Assembly (NCBI GenBank): GCA_964106915.2
Contig: OZ066915.1
DNA: 64,000 bases
Direction: 5' to 3' (one strand)
Source of the DNA: Podarcis gaigeae
Taxonomy: Eukaryota
The position numbers and the translations under genes are program-made. Positions 24,773 through 37,940 of this stretch are shown piece after piece. The notes beneath the pieces were generated by a model. The model was given only the letters and a program-made list of their open reading frames with translations. It made no database searches and was not told where the DNA came from. Each line of letters opens with the position of its first letter. Within the stretch, counting starts at the first letter, position 1.

Positions 24773-27237
24773 AAGAATCAGAGAAAATGTTCTGATCCTC
24801 CATTTTGCTTCCAAGCTCTACCTTCACATCCCAGCATCCTTTGCAGCCTATTCGCTCACAGAACTCTCCGGGTCTCCCAAGTACAAGGGAAAGCACTGGA
24901 AAGAACTGAGGAGGACACAGTGGAATTTTGATCTGGCAAAGAAACATCTGTATCAATAATTCCTAGCAGGGGAAAGGAGATTAGACAAGGATGCACATTG
25001 AAAAGAAACCTTTTGAGAGAAAAACCTAATATGAGAATGAAGGATAGGGCAGATAAAATTTGTGATGCTATATCTCCTTGAGGGCCTCCTTCCTTTCCAC
25101 AGGCTACTCACAGAAATGTCTACGGCACAGGCTTCGGGCAGTAAAAGGTCTGATCCTCTTTCTATATGCCCTCTAGTCATGCCTTTGAGCAAGTATTGCT
25201 ACGGGGCACTTTTGCAGGAGGTGAACTGTGAATGCAGCAGCAATCTGGAACGAAGCAGCACTTTATGTAGCAACTGCCTCTAATGACGTGGAAGGAAGCA
25301 AATCGGTCCAAGACAGACATGAGCATATCAATATCCTATAGCACACCCAGGCCAAGTCACCATGAAATTCAGTCTAATTATAAAATTTATCTCACACTAC
25401 CCAGGGCAACCTCCAATTGTTGTTCTGTCTTGTGATTCATCCCACCCCTCAGAGCTTTATTCTTTGCGCCCCCACCTCCAGCCTCCCTTGACTGAGCATT
25501 CCTAATACACGGGGACAGCAGTACAAGAAGGAAATTCCATCATTTGGTTTGTCAGGGCTCTAAAAAACATGAAGCAAGCCTCTCCCCGGAGGAACAGATA
25601 GCTGCTTAGAAAGAAATAAGCAGAGACTGGAGACAAAAAGAGCAAGAGACAAGAGCAGAGATGTAAGACAGGAAAGGGAAGAATAAAATGAAAGTGTCCT
25701 TTCCGAAGATGCACAAATACTACTCAAAACTTGAAGTGGGTGTTCCTTACTATCATCAATAATCATATCACTCCTAAATTCTGTATACAGGTAATTACAG
25801 TATGTCACAGAACAGTTAAAAGCACCGGCGAGAGCAGCCAAGCCTTGGGAGCAGTGTGAACTTTTTATACTGTTCACTTGTGATTCTGCAGCTTTGGGGA
25901 AGCGATGGCTCCTTAACTGTAGTTAAGGAGGGGGTCTGGGTTTGTACATAATGCCAAGCTATGGTTAATGTTAACGAAGGTTACTCAACTAAGGTTAACT
26001 AATTAAACCAATTGCAAACATTAGTTAATGAGCAACCTTTAACCACAGTTGATAAACGGTTGTTGTTGTTGTTGTTTGTATTCCGCCCTATACTCATAGG
26101 TCTCAGGGCGGTTCAAGCTGCTGGGCTGGGCTGGATTTGCATGTAACACTGAGCCATGATTTAGCATTATATGTGAACCAGGCCAATGTGTTTATCACAT
26201 AGTCCCTACAAGATTTCATCATGCAGTGAAAATACCCTTTCAGATTAAAAATAAATGCTCCCAAGCAACAACAAATTGGAGGAGGAACATATAAAATAAA
26301 TGAATAGGAATGTATGTAAGGTAGGGATTTTTCACATGCGTCCTCCCAGAAATGGCAATGTTCAGAGAGCCTCCTGAAGTTCTAGTACTAGACTGGAAAA
26401 AGCACACAAATAAAGGAAGTCACAGCAGAAGAAAGCAACATCGGATATCAGATATCTACACTACATGAGACCAGGGAATCTAAAATAGACGATTCGTGAT
26501 GAAGAAAGCATTAGTGGTAAAATTCATCTTCTTCTAAGATGAGTCCTGGTCACCATAAGAAGTAAACATTTTGGCTTGAGCAAGCCAAACATGCCCTTCA
26601 CAAGAGCAGACAGGAGGACATGGCAGAGTAACTCTGACTGATATGGTCCTTATCGGCCAATTACACCTGTTTTATGGCCTCTCTGTGCTTTAAAAGAACA
26701 ATGCACTGCCCAAACACTTTCCAAACAGAATTATCTTCAGTGTCAATGTTTAAAACATTTGAATATAAGATAACCCTCCTCATTCAATTACTTTGTACCC
26801 TTTAAAATAAAAATAAAGCAGAGTAACATTGACAGCTGGAGAGTGATTTCAGAGGTGCCATTCCAGATCCCATCTCAAAATGATAAAATGCCTACCTCTT
26901 GCTGCTTCCTCTGTATTTCCTTACCCACGAAACAAACATTTAGAAGTGTGAACTCTTCCTTTTAAGCATTACATGTATGAACCACTAAAGGTTCAGAAAA
27001 GGGAAACTAAAATTATCAAAAGGAAGGAGCAGCTCCACCTACGAAGAAAGGTTGGAGTGTTTGGGACTATGTAAAAGTTATCATATTTCTCCTGGCCTCC
27101 TGCAACCTTCTATTTCCATGTCGGTTTTTCCAAAGCTGAAACACAATAAAACCTTTTTGTTATCTCTCCCCCACATCCTTCCTCTTGTTCAAAAAATGAG
27201 GTACTAGAGTATTAATTACACATAACTGGGAGTGCAT

Positions 27238-27600
27238 GGGACGCGGGTGGCACTGTGGGTTAAACCACAGAGTCTAGGGCTTGCTGAACAGAAGGTCGCG
27301 GTTTGAATCCTTGCAATGGGGTGAGCTCCCATTGCTCGGTCCCAGCTCCTGCCCACCTAGTAGTTCGAAAGGACGTCAAAGTGCAGGTAGATAAATAGGT
27401 ACTGCTCCGGCAAGAAGGTAAACGGTGTTTCCGTGCGCTGCTCTGGTTCACCAGAAGCTGCTTAATCATGCTGTCCACATGACCCAGAAAAACTGTCAGC
27501 GGACAAACGCCGGCTCCCTCGGCCAGTAAAGCAAGATGAGCGCCGCAACCTCAGAGTCGTCCGTGACTGGAGTTAATGGTCAGGGGTCCCTTTACCTTTA
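27238..27600 (+). mobile_element. Sauria SINE, full length
   Basis: gggacgcgggtggc...ccctttaccttta; 11-bp TSD TAACTGGGAGT. Confidence 0.92.
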
Positions 27601-28256
27601 ACTGGGAGTTCAATTGGGCAAATTCAAGAGGTGAGTGCTAGCCATTTTCCTGATAAGGAACGACACAGAAAATTAAAAGCATACATATTTGTAAGCAGCT
27701 GTTGTGAGACAGTTCATTAGTGCTCCTGTTACGTATCACCTTCAGGAAATGCACACAACATTAAGGCTATGTGTGAAACTTGATCACCGTTTGGGACTGA
27801 GCTATCTGCACAGCTGTCAACCTAAGCCAGCCCAATGCAATAGCAGTATAAACCTATCACTGTGCAGAAGAGAGATGCAAGTAGCAGTGCAATTCTCTGC
27901 AAGGTTAAAACCACACCAGGTGTGACTGGCAAGAGCAGCAAGGCCTCTATCAGCAACTGGCAGGAGACAGAAATCCCCCACCTGTTTTCCAGTGGCGCTG
28001 GATGATTGCCAAGATACAGCTGCTTTTAAAGATTTTTGTCATCGCTGTTGTACATCACTTGCTGCCAACGATGTTTGGACTGCATTAGTACACACAGGCA
28101 TGGCAGCTTGGCAAGGCATGGGGAGACTATTGTACACAGACCAGCAAATATTGGCAGAGAAGAGAGATCAAAGGCAGTGTAGGGTTTGGGGTGGGGGGCC
28201 CTTGGCTAGGAAGCCAGCCGTTCTGTGACCCAGGCTGAGAGCACAGAAAGCCAGTA

Positions 28257-28498
28257 CAGTGGTACCTCGGGTTAAGTATTTAATCCGTTCCAGAGGTCCG
28301 TTCTTAACCTGAAACTGTTCTTAACCTGAAGCACCACTTTAGCTAATGGGGCCTCCTGCTGCCGCCGTGCCGCCGGAGCACGATTTCTGTTCTCATCCTG
28401 AAGCAAAGTTCTTAACCTGAAGCACTATTTCTGGGTTAGCGGAGTCTGTAACCTGAAGCATATGTAACCTGAAGCGTATGTAACCCGAGGTACCACTG
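28257..28498. mobile_element. Tc1/mariner MITE
   Basis: TA TSD; TIR CAGTGGTACCTCGGGTTA. Confidence 0.9.
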
Positions 28499-28891
28499 TA
28501 AAAAGGTTTGATAATAAAAAAGTCAAAGATTGCTGGAGCACTGTTGGAAATGCTAAGTGAATATACCAAAATAAGTGGGAAAGATCTCTGGATTTGTACG
28601 CATAATATTACTTACCTGTAATCAAAGATGTAGGCAGACAAAAAACAAACAAACCAACCAAACACCATTTTGTGGAAGAGTTCAAGATAATGTCCCAAAT
28701 TCACTACAACTCTGGGAAAATGCTTGTTCTAAAGAGTAGAATTGTGGACAATATACACTTGCAATACAGCAGTCAGAACAGTGTCCATTATAAATGCCAC
28801 GGGAGAAAGACCTTGAAAAGCAATTAATTGATCACCGAGCATTAAAAATATGATATACTTACACAAATGACAGTTCCTTTAAAAAAATTAC

Positions 28892-29081
28892 TTTGGCAGG
28901 ACAGGAAGCTGCTGTTTTGCCAAATTAAATCCTTCAAAGATTTTCTCTCCTGCTAAGCTTTCGCAATCAGCTTTCTTAGATTTTTATGACAAACCAGCCA
29001 TAGGCAAATGATTCAGTGAGCAATTATGGTGCGAACATGACTCTGGTCAGCACAGTCAATATCTGTATTTGTTAATGCTTC
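28892..29081 (-). other. Candidate exon E (190 nt; 466 nt if the donor at 28616 is used)
   Basis: Acceptor ttttaccccctttgttcccttttaaAG|GAAGCA; donor GCCAAA|GTAATT; no ORF of note. Confidence 0.5.
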
Positions 29082-29689
29082 CTTTAAAAGGGAACAAAGG
29101 GGGTAAAATAATAAAATATTGATTTATTTTTTTAGTCATAAGGCAAGAGTTCATCATCCTGTGCCATATACCACATGAAAGAAAACCTTGATCTAAAACT
29201 GTCTTCCTGTCTCAATTTAGAAAGAGCCGAATTAAAATGTGTCAAAGGAAAAGATCAACAAATACTAGGAGATGCCAAGCAAGTAAAAGAGAGGAACACC
29301 AATAAACATGAGAGCAAGAGAGGCAATTTAGTACCATTAAGAAATATGATTCTTTGTTTTTTAAAAGCCAAGTATGCAAAGCTTCCAAAGGAGAAAATAA
29401 AATGCACCACACCCCAAAGATACAGCTATTCAAGCATTGGAAAACAGAATTTGACAATATTTCATTACTTTAAGCATTGCTGGGAGAGGGGCAGTTAATT
29501 TTCCCAGAATTGTTTTAATCTTGATTTTGCAGGCCTTTTCTGCCTCTGAGGCTGTGAATGAATGGACTACATCATCTTAGTGCCATAGCCCCAAGGGCAG
29601 ATTAAAACATCTCTCTCTCTCTCTTTTCCAAATGCTTATTTGCAGCGCTTACAATTATTTATTCCCCCCCTTTGAATGCAGTGTTTATT

Positions 29690-30270
29690 TTATTTTATTA
29701 TTATATTATTTAGAATTTATGCACCCAGAGGTCTCAGAGCGATAAACAGAATAAAACCAAACTATAAAACCCACAAAATACATAATCAAAATAAAAACAA
29801 CAACCCAATAACCACCACTCCCGGCAAAAAAAAAAACCCACCACATTTAAAAAGGGAATAAGATATCAATCAGATCAACCAAAGACCTGCTTTAAAAGGA
29901 ACTTTTTTTGCCTGCCACCTAAAGGTGAATAATGAAGGCACCTGGCGAACTTCCCTGGGGAGAGCATTCCACAGACAGGGAGCCACTGCAGAGAAGGCCT
30001 GGTCTTATGTTGCCACCCTCTGGACCTCTTGAGGAGGAGGCACACGAAGAAGGGCCTCGGGAGATGATCTCAGGGTCTGGGTAGGTTCATGTGGAAAGAG
30101 GCGGTCCTTGCGGTATTGCAGTCCTGAGCCATTGAAGGCTCTATAGGTCAAAACCAGCACTCTGAATTAGGCCCCTTAACTAACTGGTAGCCAGTGCAAT
30201 CAAGGATCAGTGTAATATGCTCAAACCGTGTTGCACGGGTGAGCAACCTGGTCGCTAAATTCTGAATTAG
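29690..30270 (-). mobile_element. L2 LINE 3' fragment (older)
   Basis: Minus frame LIQNLATRLLTRATRFEHITLIL, the L2 ORF2 C-terminal motif. Confidence 0.75.
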
Positions 30271-30572
30271 GTTTGAAAGATGCAGATAGAGCTGAACATA
30301 TTGCAAACAATGAATTCCAACAAGAGGCAACGAAGTTGCCAACTTCTGCATCGGATTCCCAAAGAGAACAACTGTTTGGACTTTCCAGGATATCAGTCCA
30401 ACTGAACCCTGTCCAATTACCTGTCTCCAAATTCGAAACATCAACTCCTTTCTTTTCCCACACACACACATACACACACCCCTATATAGAGCACTGGTCT
30501 CAGACCCTGCTCTCGCAGGTAAACAACTTCAGTCATTAGCTGGAGGAAACATCAATCAACCATTCTGGAATA

Positions 30573-30814
30573 CAGTGGTACCTCTGGTTAAGAACTTAAT
30601 TCGTTCTGGAGGTCTGTTCTTAGCCTGAAACTGTTCTTAACCTGAAGCACCACTTTAGCTAATGGGGCCTTCTGCTGCCGCTGCACCGCCAGAGCACAAT
30701 TTCTGTTCTCATCCTGAAGCAAAGTTCTTAACCCGAGGTACTATTTCTGGGTTAGTAGAGTCTGTAACCTGAAGCATATGTAACCTGAAGCGTACGTAAC
30801 CCGAGGTACCACTG
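30573..30814. mobile_element. Tc1/mariner MITE
   Basis: TA TSD and TIRs. Confidence 0.9.
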
Positions 30815-31196
30815 TATTTTCCAAGTACTCAGCTGAACACAAGGATATTAACTGACCCAACAGACAAGAAGGTGAGGCCTTTTTGCCCCTCATTAAAATC
30901 ATCTCCCTTTGGCTATCCGATTGGCTTTGTAGCACCAGAACATCCTCAGATTTGCAATGTGATTCCTAATTGGCAATAGCTGGCATTATAGACTTGTTGG
31001 GGAGAAGCAACACAGCAATAATGGAGCGGAGCAGGCACTATATTTGGACTCGGACCAAATAATGTGAAAAGAACACTAACTCCGAGTGCTATGGGGAGAC
31101 ATTGTTCCCTCCGAAAGCTCACTTTTCAACTTAAGCATTCAGCCTAGCATTAAATATTACTGCTGCCTTGCCAGCCCTTCTCCCCATCCGTCTCAC

Positions 31197-31337
31197 CTAA
31201 CTTTTCTCTGCACTGTTCAGCAGCTGCTGTGATTTTATTGAGCCACATCTCCGGAGCTGTCGAAGAAAGTCAACCGTCAGCACAAACAGACTTGCAAGTT
31301 CTGCAGCAAAGTTATGCTCCGAGCGCGTGGCAAAATG
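31197..31337 (-). other. Candidate exon D (141 nt)
   Basis: Branch-like TACTAAT about 50 nt upstream, acceptor cttcctttgttgcAG|CATTTT and strong donor GTTAG|GTGAGA. All three frames contain a stop; internal ATG at 31248. Confidence 0.65.
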
Positions 31338-31480
31338 CTGCAACAAAGGAAGTTTTTCAACACAGACAAAAAAGCCTACAATCATTAGTACCAAAGGGAT
31401 GCACTTAAAATTAAATAAATCATGATGTGCTTAAGAAATCCTAAAGTCCAACTGAATGGCAGCTTTCTTGCATATGCATA

Positions 31481-31627
31481 CAGTGGTACCTGTGAACGGG
31501 ACCCGAAGTTTCCGCAACCGGAGAGACCGCTTCTGCACATGCACAAGCGGTGAAACACTTCAGCTTTGCCGCTTTCGCAACCCAAAGTTTACGTTACCCG
31601 AGGGTAACATAACCCGAAGTTCCACTG
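31481..31627. mobile_element. Short related Tc1/mariner MITE
   Basis: TA|CAGTGGTACC...TTCCACTG|TA. Confidence 0.65.
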
Positions 31628-31900
31628 TACTTGAGGGCATCATCATATGGGAGCAAAGCTGTATGGCTCCACTCTGATGCCCAAAATACTGCTTGCAACA
31701 CTTTATTATTCAAGGATTCTATTTGCACTCTTGTTATCTCTTATTCTGCAACAGCAGCGCCCTTTTCATTGTGAAACCCCCCCTCTATCAAATTCTCTAC
31801 TTAGAAAGATGTGCAAGGCCACTTCTTCCCCTATATTGCTTTCAGTGATAGGTGGAAACTTCCCTATTTCCGTTTTTTTTAAATATATAACAGCTGATGG

Positions 31901-32030
31901 TCATAGAATCATTGAATTGCAGAGTTGGAAGGGACTCCAAGGATCATCCAGTTCCACCCCCTGCAATGCCGAAATATGCAGTTGTCACATAAGGGGATCA
32001 AACCTGCAACCTTGGCATCATCAGCACCAC
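31901..32030 (-). mobile_element. tRNA-derived SINE with CR1-type tail
   Basis: Reverse-complement homologue of 42283-42428. Confidence 0.7.
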
Positions 32031-33087
32031 ACTTTGTTATCCTTACTGCTGTTGTTTTAGTTTTGACGTCTATAGCACACACTTAACTTCGTAAATGCTT
32101 CTGAAGATTAGATTTACCACTACAATTTGGTTTTATTCTTTCATTGAAAATGCTCTTTGGAATTGGAAAAAGAAAAGCAATTAAAAATATTCTAAACAAA
32201 CCAGTAGGAATTTTGAACAACATACTTCAAAAATTAGGGCCCCCTCCGCCGAATTACTTTGGCATCAGAGTCAAATTCCACCTGATTTATAAAGCAATAA
32301 GCAGCTAGATGCATATCTGGAAATAAGCTATTTTTCTAGATTAATTACATGCCCACCCTTGGTGAATATTATGAACTTTTCAAGTAAGCAGCATCAGTGA
32401 TTTTGATAGATGGAGACATGAAGAGAAATTGGTTCGTTCGTTCTCTCTCTCTCTCTCTCTCTCTCCCGCTTGGCTTCTTTTCCAAGTGCCTAAGAATGTA
32501 GAATATCAACTGAACATACTAACTTCATTATCATACGAATGTAACACTGAAAACAAAGCAAATGTTGCACTTTGCATAAACCATTTATTCAAAAATCCAT
32601 CCCAGACTGAAATTTCAAATGTGCATGCTAGTTTCTCGAAAACTATTGCAATGAATCAAATGTGGTTTTACGGCTTCAAAATGTAGCTCAGCCACTCCTC
32701 CCGCTACTCAGCCATTGTGTGCTAATCTACAGCAGTCTGCCTCTATCTTGATTTTAATCTTTCCGTCTTGTTACAAACAACAGCACAGCGAGAGACAAAA
32801 GAGAAAATCATACAGTGGAACGTTAAAACGGTTTTTAAAAAATGCAAATTAAAGAATTCAAATTAATGGGGAGATTAAAAGGAGGTTTTGCACTGAAACC
32901 CCACCTTTCCGAGAGGAAAGTGGGATACCTCCTCAGGCATTCAGGCCTATGTTTTTAAAACTGCCCACTGCTTCTCACCATCCTTTGGTCCAAGTGACAC
33001 CAAAGGTTTGGCTTTCCCTTTTGTCCATTTAATCAGGGACTCAGGGTTCAACACGAAAACTAAATAAAACCCATGTTCTGCCAAGTA

Positions 33088-33437
33088 AAGGTAAAGGGAC
33101 CCCTGACCATTAGATCCAGTCGTGGCCGACTCTGGGGTTGCGGCGCTCATCTCGCTTTATTGGCCAGGGGGGCCAGCGTACAGCTTCTGGGTCATGTGGC
33201 CAGCATGACTTAGCCGCTTCTGGTGAACCAGAGCAGCGCACGGAAACGCCGTTTACCTTCCCGCCGGAGCGGTACCTATTTAACTACTTGCACTTTGACG
33301 TGCTTTTGAACTGCTAGGTTGGCAGGAGCAGGGACCGAGCAACGGGAGCTCACCCCGTCGCGGGGATTCAAACCGCCGAACTTCTGATTGGCAAGTCCTA
33401 GGCTCTGTGGTTTAACCCACAGCGCCACCTGTGTCCC
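33088..33437 (-). mobile_element. Sauria SINE, full length
   Basis: 14-bp TSD TGTTCTGCCAAGTA (33074-33087 and 33439-33452). Confidence 0.92.
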
Positions 33438-35767
33438 TTGTTCTGCCAAGTATGAGGTGTCTAATTTCCATGCAAAATGTTAAGCAAATAAAGGCAGTGG
33501 CATACATCTCTCATATATGAAAACAGGAGAAGCAGGAGTGTGGCTGCACCAGTCTATTTCTGATCTGTGTCAGTTTCACAGCTCCTAAGTACATTCCATC
33601 CAGCTCCACTTGAAGAGTTACTTAGAAATGAGGGGAATCGAGGCTCTTCTTGCTTTCCAGATGATCATTAGCCTGGCAGAGGGGAGCTATATTTGGCTTA
33701 CCAGAAGGAGTAAGAGGGGAGAATCAATTTGGCAGATTGTGGAAAGAAAATGACTCTTGTTAAAAGCAAGCAGCACTACTGGTAACAAGCCCTTGTCAGA
33801 AGCTTGGCCGATAGCCAGAAGTCCACTTGGTTGTGGGCCTGAGGCTGGAAGCACAGCCAGCTTGGCAAGTTCCACCTGGCATCAAAGCTGCACATCCAAA
33901 GGGCGGGGAGGTACTTGGCATGCCAGTGTCTGTTATCTCATAGAAGTGTTTCCAGAAGAGAAAAGGAGGCAAGCAAAACAAAACACCAAATGTACACAGA
34001 CGTGTACCTAGGGCAGGAGAAGCAGAAATTAAACTGGAAATCATAACCAGAACAATCAGGACTAGCAGTGGTGTGTGGTCAGTGGGCTAGGGGGACTAGG
34101 CTAGTCCCCTAAATGTTCCCAGTAAATCAGAATATTAAAATATTAAAGCCTGGCGCCTACTTCCCAAAGCCCAGGAAGCTTCTGCCTAGCTTAGGGAGGG
34201 AGGTGCAATGCTTCAATGGGGTCCAACAGCCCTCCCACCACCTTCCTAAAGCCCTCCCAGCTTTGGGAAGGAAGCAGCAGGGCTCCAGCACGCAGCAGCC
34301 ACTATTGGCCTTGTCCGCTCAATCTGTTGGAACCTGTAGGGGAAGTCCCTAATTCAACAAGGCTTTGAGACTCATCGACTACCCTCCCCTGGTTTAGCCA
34401 GTCAGTCGAAGCCATTCCTCAGCGTGTGGCCACCATCACATGCTGACAATTTCTAGGAGCCACAGATGAGAGCTGAGTGCAGGGTGGGAACCAAAGGTGA
34501 ACAAACTACCCCACAAGGAGCACGATGTATCCCCCACCAGAGGTACTATCCCTCACCCAACGCTCCCAATCTACCGACAGAAAAATATTTATTGCATGGT
34601 GACATTTAGATATGGCAGAATAAAGGTGTTCTCAAGTCATTAAATTCAGAAGCATTCCAGCAAATCAGAAGACCCCAGAACTAACAACTCAGAGTCCCAG
34701 CAACATATTTTGTTTACATCATCAGTAATTATTTAAATTTCCATCCCAGATTTGTTGCACACAGTTGAAGGGCAGGTTCAAGGTTGAGATTAATGACAAT
34801 GGTGAAACAGAGACCCAGATTAAGCAAGGAGTCTTTGAAGCCTTCATTCTCACGCCACTAGAACAACGTAATCGGAACCTCAGGTGGGTGGAACAAATAC
34901 TAAGAGCTGACAAGAGCAAGGCGATTAATGAGCCTGCAACCCCAGCTTTACTTAACGTGTAAAGCAAACTGCAAGCAAAACTCTTAATACCAAATAATAG
35001 CCTCAGCATCCATAGATTGTGAAAAGAAGACCAAAGCCTCTACAATAATGAAGGACAGGGTCTGGGAATGGTAATAAATTCAAGTGCAATTTGTTATCCA
35101 CTAGGCCGTCCTTCACTGCATAACAATTCAAGCACAAATTATAAAATCCTCCAATTTAATCCCCAAGTACCTGAGCAACTCCGAGAGAGCAAATTTAATC
35201 CTACATGCAAAGGCCTACAGCTTCCAGGATGAAAGATTCTGGTTAAAGCGTGACGTTTACTTTATTAATCATCTTGCATTTTGTAAATTACAGAGTTTTA
35301 ATTTGTAATAGATGTCATTAGGAAGCCCTCAAGCCCCATTTAATAACCTTGAGAATGAAATTCCCTTCCCAAACTTTCCTTCAGTAGTTATTTCCCACAT
35401 GCCTCTTTTAACTACAGTACTTACCGCCCTATAGCAGCCATGGCCTAATCATCTTGCCTTAGCCACAAGCAAACGAATTCACTTGCATGAGATTTCAGGA
35501 TGCTCATTTACACATCCCTGCAGTTTGTACACACACTTGCATCACCAAGAGGCAAAGATGTATTGGCAACAGAAACCACAGAGAAGAAATGCCAACAGTT
35601 AATTCATTCAGATGAACTCCTATTTGATTATTAATTTTCTACTCAGAGAGTACCCAACAGACAACAGATATGCTCCAGAGTGAAATCTGTGCTGTTAACC
35701 ACTCCGAAGGCCAAAATGGAAAAAAAAGATATGCAAATGTACATTTTATCATCACAAAACTTCTACT

Positions 35768-36252
35768 GCACAGTTCAAGAAGGACACTGACAAACTGGAA
35801 GGTGTCCAGAGGAGGGCAACCAAAATGGTCAAAGGCATGGAAACGATGCCTTATGAGGAACGGCTAAGGGAGCTGGGCATGTTTAGCCTGGAGAAGAGGA
35901 GGTTAAGGGGTGATATGATAGCCATGTTCAAATATATAAAAGGATGTCACATAGAGGAGGGAGAAAGGTTGTTTTCTGCAGCTCCAGAGAAGCGGTCACG
36001 GAGCAATGGATCCAAACTACAAGAAAGAAGATTCCACCTAAACATTAGGAAGAACTTCCTGACAGTAAGAGCTGTTCGACAGTGGAATTTGCTGCCAAGG
36101 AGTGTGGTGGAGTCTCCTTCTTTGGAGGTCTTTAAGCAGAGGCTTGACAACCATATGTCAGGAGTGCTCTGATGGTGTTTCCTGCTTGGCAGGGGGTTGG
36201 ACCCGATGGCCCTTGTGGTCTCTTCCAACTCTATGATTCTATGATTCTATGA
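35768..36252 (+). mobile_element. CR1 LINE 3' fragment, young
   Basis: ORF 35825-36172 ([24 protein letters not shown]...[12 protein letters not shown]) is the CR1 ORF2 C-terminus; (ATTCTATG)n tail. Confidence 0.93.
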
Positions 36253-37114
36253 AAGCATTACACTGCTAGTGCTGCCCACAGAACAGTATTCCCAATACAT
36301 TCACTGAATAAGTGTGCCCGACATATTACCCTAGAAGTGTTGAAGTTTTTTAAAATTCAAAGCACATCAGTATTGTGCCTGACATAAAAGGAAGCCTACC
36401 TCATCCACTTAACAGAGTTACGATAGCTAAGAAATGACTTTACCTGGGTAGATGTATCTAGCATTGAAACAGCAGCATAACTGCAGATACAACACTTCAT
36501 TAAGTTCGGTAATTATGGATATGCAATATGCACAGCTCAAGGACAGCAGCAGATGCTTACAAGGATGAGCAAGATGCACTTTTTGTTCCAGTGTTTTTAA
36601 GAGTCAAAACTGAAACCAACTATCTGGATGACCCATAGCCTAAAAAATCTAGAGGAACTGGGATCTTACATGAGCGTCCTCATGGCAGGCACATGGAAAG
36701 TTAAGTTTAACATGGTTGTCCCTGTCTATATGAACAGCCCTTCGCCTTCATCGCTAAGTGCAACTCAAATTCCAACAATTTTGGGAGTCGCTTGACAGAT
36801 AAATGTTGGATGTTACCAGGAGCAGCTCTCATAAAGTACTGCCTCTTATATCAAACAATTAGATGTCTGTCTGGAAGGTAGAATGCCCTGTCTGTTGATC
36901 CACATGACCATATTAATTTGTATCTCAGGCACCGGCACTCAAATGAATCTCTTAATCCTTTTATTTTGACAATATTAGATTGACTATCTGAACGACACTA
37001 TGTGTGTGTGTGTGTATGTGCGCACACGCACGGATACACACACACCAATCACCTCTTCATACATCTTACAAAGACTAATAGTAATAATAAAATAATAATA
37101 ATAATAATAATAAT

Positions 37115-37940
37115 TATTTATTATTTATACCTCGCCCATCTGGCTAAGTTTCCCCAGCCACTCTGGGCGGCTTCCAACAAAATATTAAAATAAAATAGTG
37201 CGTCAAACATTAAAAACCTCCCTAAAAAGGGCTGTCTTAAGATGTTTTCCAAAAGTCTGGTAGTTGTTTTTCTCTTTGACATCTGGTGGGAGGGCATTCC
37301 ACAGGGTGGGTGCCACTACCAAGAAGGCCCTCTGCCTGGTTCCCTGTAACTTGGCTTCTCACAGCGAGGAAACTGCCAGAAGGCCCTCGGCGCTGGACCT
37401 CCGTGTCCAGGTGGAACGATGGGGGTGGAGACGCTCCTTCAGGTATACTGGACCGAGGTCATTTAGGGCTTTAAATGTCAGCACCAACACTTTGAATTGT
37501 GCTCAGAAACGTACTGGGAGCCAGTGTAGGTCTTTCAAGACCGGTGTTATGTGGTCTCGGCAGCTGCTCCCAGTCACCAGTCTAGCTGCCGCACTCTGGA
37601 TTAGTTGTAGTTTCCGGGTCACCTTCAAAGGTGGTGCCACATAGAGCGCATTGCAGTAGTCCAAGCGAGAGATAACTAGAACATGCACCACTCTGGCGAG
37701 ACAGTCCACGGACAGGTAGGGTCTCAGCCTGCATACCAGATGGAGCTGGTAAACAGCTGCCCTGGACACAGAATTGACCTGCGCCTCCATGAAATGACTC
37801 CCAGGCTGCGCACCTGGTCCTTCAGGGGCACAGTTACCCCATTCAGGACCAGGGAGTCCTCCACACCCACCCGCCTCCTTTCCCCCCAAAACAGTACTTC
37901 TATCTTGTCGGGATTCAGCCTCAATCTGTTAGCCGCCATC
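37115..37940 (-). mobile_element. L2 LINE 3' fragment
   Basis: WMAANRLRLNPDKIEVL...SRLDYCNALY...KLQLIQSAAARLVTG...HITPVLKDLHWLPVRF; abuts an (AAT)n microsatellite at 37077-37113. Confidence 0.92.

Noticed and set aside
35825-36172. 115-aa ORF as a host gene
   Set aside because: It is the C-terminus of CR1 ORF2 in a 5'-truncated copy.
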